DNA of 64,000 nt from an uncultured delta proteobacterium (GTDB lineage Bacteria > Desulfobacterota > Binatia > Binatales > Binataceae), in the NCBI GenBank assembly GCA_963794325.1, contig CAWCDG010000004.1, forward strand, positions 672,001-736,000. Direction: 5' to 3'. The notes beneath the pieces were generated by a model, which saw only the letters and a program-made list of their open reading frames with translations, had not been told where the DNA came from and made no database searches. The translations under genes and the position numbers were made by a program. Positions 9,366 to 17,663 of the stretch are shown here, in pieces (position 1 is the first letter of the stretch; each line of letters opens with the position of its first letter).

Positions 9366-10514
9366 TCACGAGCTCAGGCCCAGCCGCGCGCGAGCGTAGG
9401 CCTCGGCGGAGTTGTCGAAATCGATACTGGCATGCTGCGCGCCGACATTGACGTTGCGAAATGCCGCCTGGAGCGCGCTCGGCGCGTACACCGCGTGCGC
9501 GCCCGAACCCGAGAACATTCGCGCGACTGCGCGGCGGCATAGCTCGGCGGCATACGAGGCCTGCCACTTCGCGCGCACCCTGCGATCGTTGTCGAAGGTC
9601 TCCCCGGTCGCCATCAGGCGATCGAATTCACCGAGTGTGTCGTGAAGCAACAGTTCCGCCGAATGAATCTCGGCAGCGGCTTCCGACAATCGCACCTGCG
9701 TCGGCCCATGCTCCGCCTTTCGAGCGCCGGTCAAAATGACGCGCCGCTCCTTCGTGCGCTCGATGAACTGACGCAACGCGAATTTCGCGGAACCCAGCAC
9801 CGCGGTCGACACCGACACTGACAACATCGCCTCGGCCGAGAGCCGATAAAGATTCGTCGAATGATTGGCCGCGTGAGGACTCGCGCCGCGAAACAGAATC
9901 CGCGTATCGATCGCACGATGCATTGGAACGAAGATGTCGTGCGCCAGCACGTCTTTGCTGCCGGTGCCTTGCAGGCCCATCACGTGCCAGGTGTCATCAA
10001 CTTCGAGGTCCGCGCGCGGCACGACCACGTGAACCGACGGCCGGCGCGTGGCGGCATCAGCGCATCCCAGAATTACCCAATGAGCATGATCGACGCCGCT
10101 GCAAAATTGCCACCGTCCTTCGACGCGGAAGCCGCCATCCACCGGGCCGGCGGTGCCCTGCGACGACAGCGTCCCCGCGACCAGGCCGTCCCGCCCCTCG
10201 CCAAAGACGTTGTCCTGCGCCAGTTCGGGAAACGAACCCATGCACCAATGATGCGCGCCCATGACCATCAGCACCCAGCCGCTCGAGGGGCACGCCTCGG
10301 AGAGGGAAGTCACTGCGTCGGCGAGCGTCCGCAGACTCAGCTCGTAGCCCCCCACGCGGCGCGGCTGCGGAATCCGGAACATGCCTGCGTTGACCATCGC
10401 CGCCATGCTCTCGGCGGTCAGCTTGCGGGCGAGGTCGCACTCGTGCGCATGCGCAGAAAGCGCCGGCGAGATCGCGGCGACGCGGCGCATGATTTCATCG
10501 TGATCGATCTGCAT
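9366..10514 (-). CDS. Flavin-dependent monooxygenase, acyl-CoA dehydrogenase fold (HsaA-like)
   Basis: CPSSGW, GRWQFCSGVDHAHW, DTWHVMGLQGTGS. Confidence 0.9.
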   Translation of the reverse strand: MQIDHDEIMRRVAAISPALSAHAHECDLARKLTAESMAAMVNAGMFRIPQPRRVGGYELSLRTLADAVTSLSEACPSSGWVLMVMGAHHWCMGSFPELAQDNVFGEGRDGLVAGTLSSQGTAGPVDGGFRVEGRWQFCSGVDHAHWVILGCADAATRRPSVHVVVPRADLEVDDTWHVMGLQGTGSKDVLAHDIFVPMHRAIDTRILFRGASPHAANHSTNLYRLSAEAMLSVSVSTAVLGSAKFALRQFIERTKERRVILTGARKAEHGPTQVRLSEAAAEIHSAELLLHDTLGEFDRLMATGETFDNDRRVRAKWQASYAAELCRRAVARMFSGSGAHAVYAPSALQAAFRNVNVGAQHASIDFDNSAEAYARARLGLSS

Positions 10515-10568
10515 AGTGACTCCAGTAGTCAGATCGCGCCTCGAATGACTATTTGCTGATTAGCCAGT

Positions 10569-11480
10569 TCATCGGGGCGCCAGTGTCTCGAGCGCGCGCT
10601 CTTCAGGCGTCGCGCCGCCTCGGTTGCCGCCTGCCGCATGACTCCACGCCCCGGCGCTGCCCTCTGGTCTGAGCGGCGTAATGCACACGTGCGTCGCGCC
10701 GGCTTTGTATTGCGCGGAGACGCGATCGCGGATTGCTTGTTCGTCGCCCCACGCTACCATCGCATCGACCAGGCGATCGCTGCCGCCGTCGGCGAAATCC
10801 GAATCGTCGAAGCCCATCAGCCTGAAGCTTTGCAGGTAGTTGGGGAGTCGGAGGTAGAAAGCGATTAACCCGCGAATCGCAGCGCGCGCCTTGCTGGCAT
10901 CCTTTTCAAGCATCGAGACCTGCTGCACGCAGATCAATTTGTCGGGTCCCATCTCGGCGCGAATCTGCGCAGTCCGTTCCGGCGTGACAAAGGTCGGGAT
11001 TGTTCCATCTGTCTCGGCCGCCGCAAGCCGAAGCATCTTCGGAAGAAGAGCGGCAACCACGATTGGCGCTTCCGACGACGGCCGCGCCGCGCTGTACGGA
11101 GCCTCCTTCAGCCGCGCAAGATAGTCCCGCATGAAGCTCAACGGCTTCACGTAGTTGATTCCCATTCGCGTCATCATCGGCCCATGGCTGATTCCGATGC
11201 CCAGGACGAATCGGCCGGGAAACAGTTCTGCGAGGGTCCGCGCCCCGCTCAGCATCGCGACCGGCCCGCGCTTCCAGACATTCGCGATCGCGGTGCCGAC
11301 GATTAATTTGTCGGTCACCGTCAGCAGATGCGCGGCCAGCGCGAACGGATCGCGGCCGAAGGCTTCGGGAAACCACAGAGTACTGTAGCCGAGCTTCTCG
11401 ATCTTGCGCGCAAATTTCGCCAGCTCGATTCCCGCCATCGAATCCATCAATGCATCAACGCCAATGGTGCCAAGATTCAT
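10569..11480 (-). CDS. LLM class (probably F420-dependent) oxidoreductase
   Basis: IEKLGYSTLWFPE, GTAIANVW, GRFVLGIGISH, AALLPKMLRLA; GGAGG RBS. Confidence 0.85.
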   Translation of the reverse strand: MNLGTIGVDALMDSMAGIELAKFARKIEKLGYSTLWFPEAFGRDPFALAAHLLTVTDKLIVGTAIANVWKRGPVAMLSGARTLAELFPGRFVLGIGISHGPMMTRMGINYVKPLSFMRDYLARLKEAPYSAARPSSEAPIVVAALLPKMLRLAAAETDGTIPTFVTPERTAQIRAEMGPDKLICVQQVSMLEKDASKARAAIRGLIAFYLRLPNYLQSFRLMGFDDSDFADGGSDRLVDAMVAWGDEQAIRDRVSAQYKAGATHVCITPLRPEGSAGAWSHAAGGNRGGATPEERALETLAPR

Positions 11481-11570
11481 CAGTTGAAACCTCCACGCGA
11501 AATTAAGGCGGCGCGATTCCTTGCGACCTTTACGCCCCGAACAGGACACTGACAAGCCGCGCATCACAAT

Positions 11571-11617
11571 AATCCGGTTCCCCTTCCCACTAGGGGAAGG
11601 GGTTAGGGGTTAGGTTC
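11571..11617 (+). repeat. REP-like palindromic repeat (family B, copy 1)
   Basis: CCCCTTCCC-ACTAG-GGGAAGGGG hairpin plus TTAGGGGTTAGG; near-identical inverted copy at 34716..34761. Confidence 0.75.
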
Positions 11618-11657
11618 CTGATACGATGCGCAACCTTGATATGTTAAAGCAAAACCC

Positions 11658-12707
11658 GTGAAGAAAAACTTTTGCTTGATCATCATCCTGTTCCTGCTGT
11701 CATGCCGCGGCGCAAACGGCGACACCGCCACCTGCGGGCCATTCGGCGATCCTTCGGCGGAGGTAATTTCAGACGTCACCCCGAGCTGCGGCGCCGGCAA
11801 GCTGCTCGGTCCATGGAAAGACGCCGACCACCTCGATCGCTATGCTTGCCTCTTCGAACCGAAATCGACATCCGCGAATAGCAAGTTGCCGATGATCGTA
11901 TACTTACATCCATCACTATTCTCGGCCGGATGGATTACTCTGACGAATATACTTGACCAGCAGAACTCAGTCTCACTTACCGACGATCCGAAGAATGTCG
12001 GGTACATAGTTCTCGCGCCTGAGGGGCGCAAGACGACGCACTACTATCCATTTCCGGACAACAAAGGGATTGGATGGGATAACTGGTATCGCCAGTTATA
12101 TCCCGCGGGCGACGTAAAGCTCGGAGACACGACTTGGCGCGAGAATGCGGACGCTGCCACCATCGACCATTTCATCGCCGGCGAGGTCGCAACTGGCAGC
12201 GTCGATACCAACCGGATTTACGTATCGGGATGGTCCAACGGCGCCGCGATGGGCTTTCTCTACGCCGCAAATCGTCCGAACATCGCGGCGGCTGCGGTTT
12301 ATTCGGCACCCAGTCCGTTCGCCGCATTCGACGATCATTGCCCGCAGAAACCAGTCGCTGGCCCGCCCGCGAATGACAAACAGATTCAGATCTTCAATCC
12401 AGCCGCACGGATAATGCATGTCCACAACGCTTGCGACGTCGGCGGCATTTGTCCCAATGGCGAGCTGCTCGCGACTGAACTCAACGCCGCCGGAGTGGTT
12501 GTCGATGACGTGATCCTCGACAATCATCATCAGCAGGTCCACGCATGTGACGATTCGTGTGGCACCGATCCAAACGCGCCGAAAAAATCAACCGCTACTG
12601 TTATGGGGTCGATAGTCGGTCTCGGTAATCACGCGCGATGGCCCAAGGAATGGATGACCGCGATGCTGGATTTTTTCCGGAAGCATCCGCTAAGGAGTGC
12701 GCCGTAA
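11658..12707 (+). CDS. Secreted alpha/beta-hydrolase (PHB depolymerase/esterase-like)
   Basis: Signal peptide; PMIVYLHP; RIYVSGWSNGAAM nucleophile elbow. Confidence 0.75.
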   Translation: MKKNFCLIIILFLLSCRGANGDTATCGPFGDPSAEVISDVTPSCGAGKLLGPWKDADHLDRYACLFEPKSTSANSKLPMIVYLHPSLFSAGWITLTNILDQQNSVSLTDDPKNVGYIVLAPEGRKTTHYYPFPDNKGIGWDNWYRQLYPAGDVKLGDTTWRENADAATIDHFIAGEVATGSVDTNRIYVSGWSNGAAMGFLYAANRPNIAAAAVYSAPSPFAAFDDHCPQKPVAGPPANDKQIQIFNPAARIMHVHNACDVGGICPNGELLATELNAAGVVVDDVILDNHHQQVHACDDSCGTDPNAPKKSTATVMGSIVGLGNHARWPKEWMTAMLDFFRKHPLRSAP

Positions 12708-12819
12708 GTCCTTGTGTCATTCAGAGCGGAGGCCGCGGAGCGAAGAATCCCGATCTTCGGCACCCGATTGTGCTAATCAGAAAGCGGTCCTAAGGTCGGT
12801 AAACGAGGTCGCAGAAAGC

Positions 12820-13641
12820 ATGCAAACCAACGCCATCAAGGAACATGGGTCGCCGGCAGATCTTATCGATCTCGAACGCTACCCCATCCTCGACTTGCGC
12901 GGCGACGCCACTCGCGAGCTGACTCGTCATTGCCGCGATCAGCTCGATCGGACTGGCGCATGCGAACTGCCCGGATTTCTAAAGCCTGAAGCGGTCGCGA
13001 TGCTCGTGCGTGAGGGCGATTCGCTGTCGGCGCGCGCGTATCACAGCGTCGTGACGGGCACCCCTTATCTCGAAGCTCCCGATCCGTCGTGGCCGAATGA
13101 TCATCCGCGCAAATTTTTCGAGCCGACCTCCGTCGGTGTTGTCGCCTACGATCAGTTCCCCGCCGATTCAGCGATGCGGCAATTGTTCGAATGGGATCCG
13201 CTGATGAAATTCATCGCGGCGGCGCTGAAAAAAGATCGACTCTATCGTTACGCCGATCCGATGGGCGCGCTCAATCTCGCCGTGATGGGCGACGGCGAAC
13301 GATTGCATTGGCACTACGATCAAACCGACTTCGTCACCTCGATCGCGCTGCGGCCGTCCGAGGCGGGCGGCGATTTCGAATACGTTCCGCTGATTCGCAG
13401 TGCCACCAACGAGAACTATCCGCAGGTCCAGCGTCTGCTCGAGGGCTCCGGCGAAGGCGTCGTGCGCGTGCCGATGAAACCGGGCACGCTATTGCTGTTT
13501 GAAGGACGCAATTCGATTCATCGCGTCACGCCGATCAGCGGAACGACGACGCGACTGGTGGCGCTGCTCGCCTACGACACCAAACTCGGAACGCGGAGCA
13601 GCAAAGGCTTGCAGATGGCTCGCTATGGCCGCGTCGCGTAG
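12820..13641 (+). CDS. Fe(II)/2-oxoglutarate oxygenase, BesD/HalD-like fold, HxD type
   Basis: LHWHYD, GGDFEY, PGTLLLFEGRNSIHRVT, distal Arg. Confidence 0.75.
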   Translation: MQTNAIKEHGSPADLIDLERYPILDLRGDATRELTRHCRDQLDRTGACELPGFLKPEAVAMLVREGDSLSARAYHSVVTGTPYLEAPDPSWPNDHPRKFFEPTSVGVVAYDQFPADSAMRQLFEWDPLMKFIAAALKKDRLYRYADPMGALNLAVMGDGERLHWHYDQTDFVTSIALRPSEAGGDFEYVPLIRSATNENYPQVQRLLEGSGEGVVRVPMKPGTLLLFEGRNSIHRVTPISGTTTRLVALLAYDTKLGTRSSKGLQMARYGRVA

Positions 13642-13642
13642 C

Positions 13643-14890
13643 TTGGCTACGCCGCGAAAGTCGCGCCGGCTGACTCGCATCGAGAAAGATCTGCTGGGCG
13701 AATGCGCGGTTCCGGCAGACGCGCTTTACGGAATTCATACGGTGAGAGCGGTCGAGAACCTGGGATTCTCAGGTCGCATCCTCGCAAACTATCCCGACTA
13801 CATTCGCGCGCTGGTGACCGTCAAAAAGGCCGCGGCACGCGCCAATCGCGATGCTCGCGTGCTCGACGCTCGCCGCCTCGAGGCGATCGAACGCGCATGC
13901 GACGTCCTGATTCGCGGCGAACATCTCGCGCAGTTTCCGGTGGACATGCTCGTCGGCGGTGGTGCGTTCGCGATCAATATGAACGTGAATGAGGTCATCG
14001 CGAATCTCGCCAACGAGTATCTCGGCCGCGCACGCGGCTCGTACGAACCTGTGAATCCGAAGTTGCACGTCAACGCGTCGCAATCGACGGCCGACGTTTG
14101 TCATACCGCGGTTCGCATGACGGTTCTGAATCGATGGGCCGGATCGCGACGCACGCTCGGTCAATGCGTCACGACATTTCGGGCGAAGGCGGCTGAGCTG
14201 AGGCGGGTCATATCAATCTCGCGCACCTGCCTTCAGGACGCGTCACCGGTATCGCTCGGCGAACTGTTTGGCGGCCACGCCGAAGTGATCGCTCGTCGGA
14301 CTGGCGAGTTGGCACAGAGCGTAAAGGGACTGACGCGGATAAACCTGGGAGGCACTGCGATTGGCTCTGGAAGCGGAGCGCCCGCCGCGTATCGACGCAC
14401 GATCGTGAAGCGGTTGAATGAGCTCACTGGCCGGAAATTTACTCTGCGGCGAAACCTGTACGACGCGGCCCAGAACCCTGACGACCTCGCGGCGGTCTCC
14501 GCGCAGCTCGCGATGCTGGCCGAGGTCCTGATCAAAATCGCGCAGGATCTTCGCTTTTTGTCGTCGGGCCCGGAGGGCGGCTTCGGCGAAATCATACTGC
14601 CCGCGGTTCAGGAAGGCTCCTCGATCTTCCCCGGAAAGATCAATCCCGCGATTCCGGAGACGATGATCCAATGCTGTTTCCAGGTGCTGGGCTGCGAGCG
14701 CTCGGCACGGCTCGCGCTGGAGCGCGGCGAACTGAACTTGAACATCTTCGAGGGTGCGGCAGCCGTGAATCTCTTCGATGCGATCGAGATGATGAAGCGA
14801 TCGGTCGCGATGTTCTCAGCGCGATGCGTCAGCGGAATCGCCGCAAACAAAAAGCGATGTCGCGAACTCGCGTCGCGCGCACGCTATTGA
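13643..14890 (+). CDS. Aspartase/fumarase superfamily lyase (divergent)
   Basis: RIEKDLLG, YGIHTVRAVEN, NLGGTAIG, signature GSSIFPGKINP. Confidence 0.85.
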   Translation: MATPRKSRRLTRIEKDLLGECAVPADALYGIHTVRAVENLGFSGRILANYPDYIRALVTVKKAAARANRDARVLDARRLEAIERACDVLIRGEHLAQFPVDMLVGGGAFAINMNVNEVIANLANEYLGRARGSYEPVNPKLHVNASQSTADVCHTAVRMTVLNRWAGSRRTLGQCVTTFRAKAAELRRVISISRTCLQDASPVSLGELFGGHAEVIARRTGELAQSVKGLTRINLGGTAIGSGSGAPAAYRRTIVKRLNELTGRKFTLRRNLYDAAQNPDDLAAVSAQLAMLAEVLIKIAQDLRFLSSGPEGGFGEIILPAVQEGSSIFPGKINPAIPETMIQCCFQVLGCERSARLALERGELNLNIFEGAAAVNLFDAIEMMKRSVAMFSARCVSGIAANKKRCRELASRARY

Positions 14891-15541
14891 TTAGAGATTG
14901 TTCTTATAGTCCTGCTCGATCGCCCGATCGACTTGTTGAGCAAGTTCTTCGCCACCGCCAACTTTCGCGCTTAGGATTTTCCCGAAGGAAATCTTGTGGC
15001 GCTCGCCCCATGTCTCCGGCTTCCAGAGCTGAGAACGGATGAAAGCCTTGGCGCAGTGGAAAAAGCATTCTCGCACAGTTACCCGGATCGCAAGCAGCGC
15101 GGGCGCGCCGCGAGCACTCAGTCGAACGAGCAGCTCGGGGTCAGCGGTCAACTCCGCGGTCCCGTTGATACGGAAAGTCTCGTCGGTGCCCGGCACCAGA
15201 AAAATAATTCCGACTTGCGGATTGGCTAGAATGTTCCTGAGACTGAACATCAGCCGGTTTCCTTTGCGTTCGGGAATTAGAAGGGTGTGCTCGTTCTCCA
15301 CCGCAACGAAGCCGGCGCCGTCTCCTTTCGGTGAAGCGTCCTCGTTGCCCTGTGCGTCGGCGGTTGCAAGCACGATAAAGGGCGACCTGCGAATGAAATC
15401 AATCGCGGCTTCATCGAGCGCCGAAAAAAGTTTTTTCGGAGTCATCGGATTCGGCTCGCCGATCAGCGCCTGGAGTTGTGCGACTGTTTCAATTCGATGG
15501 CCGGATGAGGTTCCCATTTTGACAATCCTCCGAATAGTCAT
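14891..15541 (-). CDS. Pyridoxamine 5'-phosphate oxidase-like FMN-binding protein
   Basis: DASPKGD, IPERKGN, FFHCAKAFIRSQLW. Confidence 0.85.
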   Translation of the reverse strand: MTIRRIVKMGTSSGHRIETVAQLQALIGEPNPMTPKKLFSALDEAAIDFIRRSPFIVLATADAQGNEDASPKGDGAGFVAVENEHTLLIPERKGNRLMFSLRNILANPQVGIIFLVPGTDETFRINGTAELTADPELLVRLSARGAPALLAIRVTVRECFFHCAKAFIRSQLWKPETWGERHKISFGKILSAKVGGGEELAQQVDRAIEQDYKNNL

Positions 15542-16482
15542 TCACTAGTTGGCTGCGACTCACGATTCCAGGCATCGATCGATTTCGCGATTCCACTTTC
15601 CAGCGTCGAAAACGGGTCGGTATAGCCCGCATGCCTCAACGCCGAGATATCAGCTTGCGTGAAGCTTTGATACTTGCCCGCAAGGCTTTCGGGAAACGGT
15701 ATATAGTCGATCGCACCGGCGCCAAGCCGCGCGATTAGTATTCTCGCGACGTCGTTGAAGCTGCGAGCTTCTCCAGTGCCGACGTTGAACAGGCCATTGC
15801 GCACGGGACCTTCGGCCAGCGCCAGGTTCACGCGAACGATATCGTTCACAAAAACAAAATCGCGCCGCTGTTCTCCATCCCCGTATCCGTCGGTGCTCTC
15901 GAACAGTTGCGCGCGCCCACTCGCCTTCAACTGCCGATAGAGCTGATATACCATCGACGCCATTTTGCCCTTGTGAGACTCGCGCGGACCATAGACGTTG
16001 AAATACCGAAGACCAGCGACCGTGCTTCCAGAGCTGGCGGCAACGCTGCGGACGTGATTGTCGAACGCGAGTTTCGAGAGCGCGTAGAGATTGAGCGGAC
16101 GCTCGTTTTCGCGCGACGGCACGAACGCGCTCGATCCGCCATAGACCGCGGCGCTCGACGCGTACACCAACGGAATGTTGCGCGCGAGGGCGAAATGTAG
16201 AATCGACTTCGAGAAGGTGAAGTTGTTTTCGATCATGTAGCGGCCATCGGTGCAGGTGGTGTCGGCGCATGCACCCTGATGAAAGATTGCGTCGATTCGA
16301 TCGGGAAGAGATTTGTGCTCGATGGCGCGCGCGAATTCTTCGGGCTGCATGAAGTCCGAGAACTTCAGGTCGTCAAGATTGCGAAGGCGATCGACGACGA
16401 TCACGTCGGTGACGCCCTTGGCATTCAGCGCGCTCAGAAGATTGCTGCCGATGAAGCCTGCGCCGCCGGTTAGTATAATCAT
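15538..16482 (-). CDS. hldD: ADP-L-glycero-D-manno-heptose 6-epimerase
   Basis: MIILTGGAGFIGSN, FHQGAC, YASSAAVYG, YFNVYGPRESHKGKMAS, KYQSFTQAD. Confidence 0.92.
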   Translation of the reverse strand: MIILTGGAGFIGSNLLSALNAKGVTDVIVVDRLRNLDDLKFSDFMQPEEFARAIEHKSLPDRIDAIFHQGACADTTCTDGRYMIENNFTFSKSILHFALARNIPLVYASSAAVYGGSSAFVPSRENERPLNLYALSKLAFDNHVRSVAASSGSTVAGLRYFNVYGPRESHKGKMASMVYQLYRQLKASGRAQLFESTDGYGDGEQRRDFVFVNDIVRVNLALAEGPVRNGLFNVGTGEARSFNDVARILIARLGAGAIDYIPFPESLAGKYQSFTQADISALRHAGYTDPFSTLESGIAKSIDAWNRESQPTSE

Positions 16483-16537
16483 TGCTCTCCCGGTTCAGTC
16501 ATCTGGCGTCATTGTAGCTGCCGCTCAGCCGTCCGAT

Positions 16538-17566
16538 CTAACTGGCGCGATACAAACGAGCCGCTTTCGCATGGCGCTGGGCGATTTCCTTTCGCAACGC
16601 TGCGGGCTTGAGCACTTCGATCCACGGGCCCATGCTCATTATCCAGTTCGCCAACTCCGTCGTGCCCTTGACGGTCATAGTCAGGATCGTCGAGCCGTCG
16701 CGGCGACGCGCAAAACGCTGGCTGCGATGAATCGTGCGCGAGCGTACGTACGCCTCGGTTTGTGCGCTGTGGATTTTCAACTCGACTCTCGTCTCAGGAC
16801 CGTCGACGATTCCGAAAGTCCCTTCAGTGTGCGCTTCAGGATTGAATCTCGGCGGATAGGCGAACCGCACGGGAGCGCCGTCCGTCTGCCGAATGAAATC
16901 GACCGAGCGCATTCGCTCTATCGCCAGATAGATAGTTGCGTTGCTTCGATCGCTGTGGCCGAGCAGGTAGAGGCCGCCACGGTAGGCGATTAGCGAGTAG
17001 GGATCGAAATCGTGATGATGCCCCTCGCCCGTCAGACCCGCGTAGTCAACCTTGAGCCGGCTCTGATCGAGCAGCGCGCGCAAGATCACGTCGAGCTGTT
17101 CGCTGAAATCGGTGTAGTCCTTGGGCGCATAAGGTACGGCGTAAAACTTGCGCTCGAGAGCGGACAGGCGAGTCTGCTGCGTCATGTTCAGATTCTGAAA
17201 CACCTTCTCCCACAGCCCCTCGACTCCCTCCTTCAACACCGTGCCTTCGAGGAACTTGAGAACGGTCAGCGAGAAATACAGCAGCGCGACCTGGTACGAG
17301 GAGGCCTCCGCGGCTTTCATCGAACTGACCAGACGGAGTTTTCGATCGCCGCCGGAGGCGACAACTTCGACGAGCGCGCCACCATGCGAGTCGGTCAAAT
17401 CGGTGCGCAGCACGGAGACATAACGGGCGAGAGTGCGCTCGGAGATTTCCAGAGTCTCGGCGATCGATTTGAAACTCCAGCCGTATGGTTTCGAGAATAA
17501 CCCGGCGACGATTCGCGCCAGCCGAATCGCGGCGCCGTAGGTCGGCTTGCGGCGAAGTTTCTTCAT
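16538..17566 (-). CDS. HTH-WYL-WCX transcriptional regulator
   Basis: wHTH IAETLEISERTLARY; WYL core DPYSLIAYRGGLYLLG...LAIERM; WCX WIMSMGPWIEVLKPAALR. Confidence 0.9.
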   Translation of the reverse strand: MKKLRRKPTYGAAIRLARIVAGLFSKPYGWSFKSIAETLEISERTLARYVSVLRTDLTDSHGGALVEVVASGGDRKLRLVSSMKAAEASSYQVALLYFSLTVLKFLEGTVLKEGVEGLWEKVFQNLNMTQQTRLSALERKFYAVPYAPKDYTDFSEQLDVILRALLDQSRLKVDYAGLTGEGHHHDFDPYSLIAYRGGLYLLGHSDRSNATIYLAIERMRSVDFIRQTDGAPVRFAYPPRFNPEAHTEGTFGIVDGPETRVELKIHSAQTEAYVRSRTIHRSQRFARRRDGSTILTMTVKGTTELANWIMSMGPWIEVLKPAALRKEIAQRHAKAARLYRAS

Positions 17567-17593
17567 GTTCACATCCAATCATCTCGTTTGCCA

Positions 17594-17627
17594 GATGACA
17601 ACCGTTGTCATCACGCCGATGTAGGTT
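17594..17627 (+). promoter_or_regulatory. Candidate WYL operator plus -10 element of the recC promoter
   Basis: Perfect palindrome GATGACAAC-C-GTTGTCATC (17594..17612); TGTCAT-N10-TAGGTT. Confidence 0.65.
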
Positions 17628-17663
17628 TCTAAAAGCCGATACGCGATCCATAGTTGTGCCGCG

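Noticed and set aside
12715-12751. TGTCATTCAGAGCG...GCGAAGAATCCC REP-like sequence, weakly similar to 34810..34840 inverted
   Set aside because: Too degenerate to establish as a repeat within this window
15538-17566. Possible WYL-hldD functional link
   Set aside because: Only co-orientation with a 55-bp gap; no further evidence
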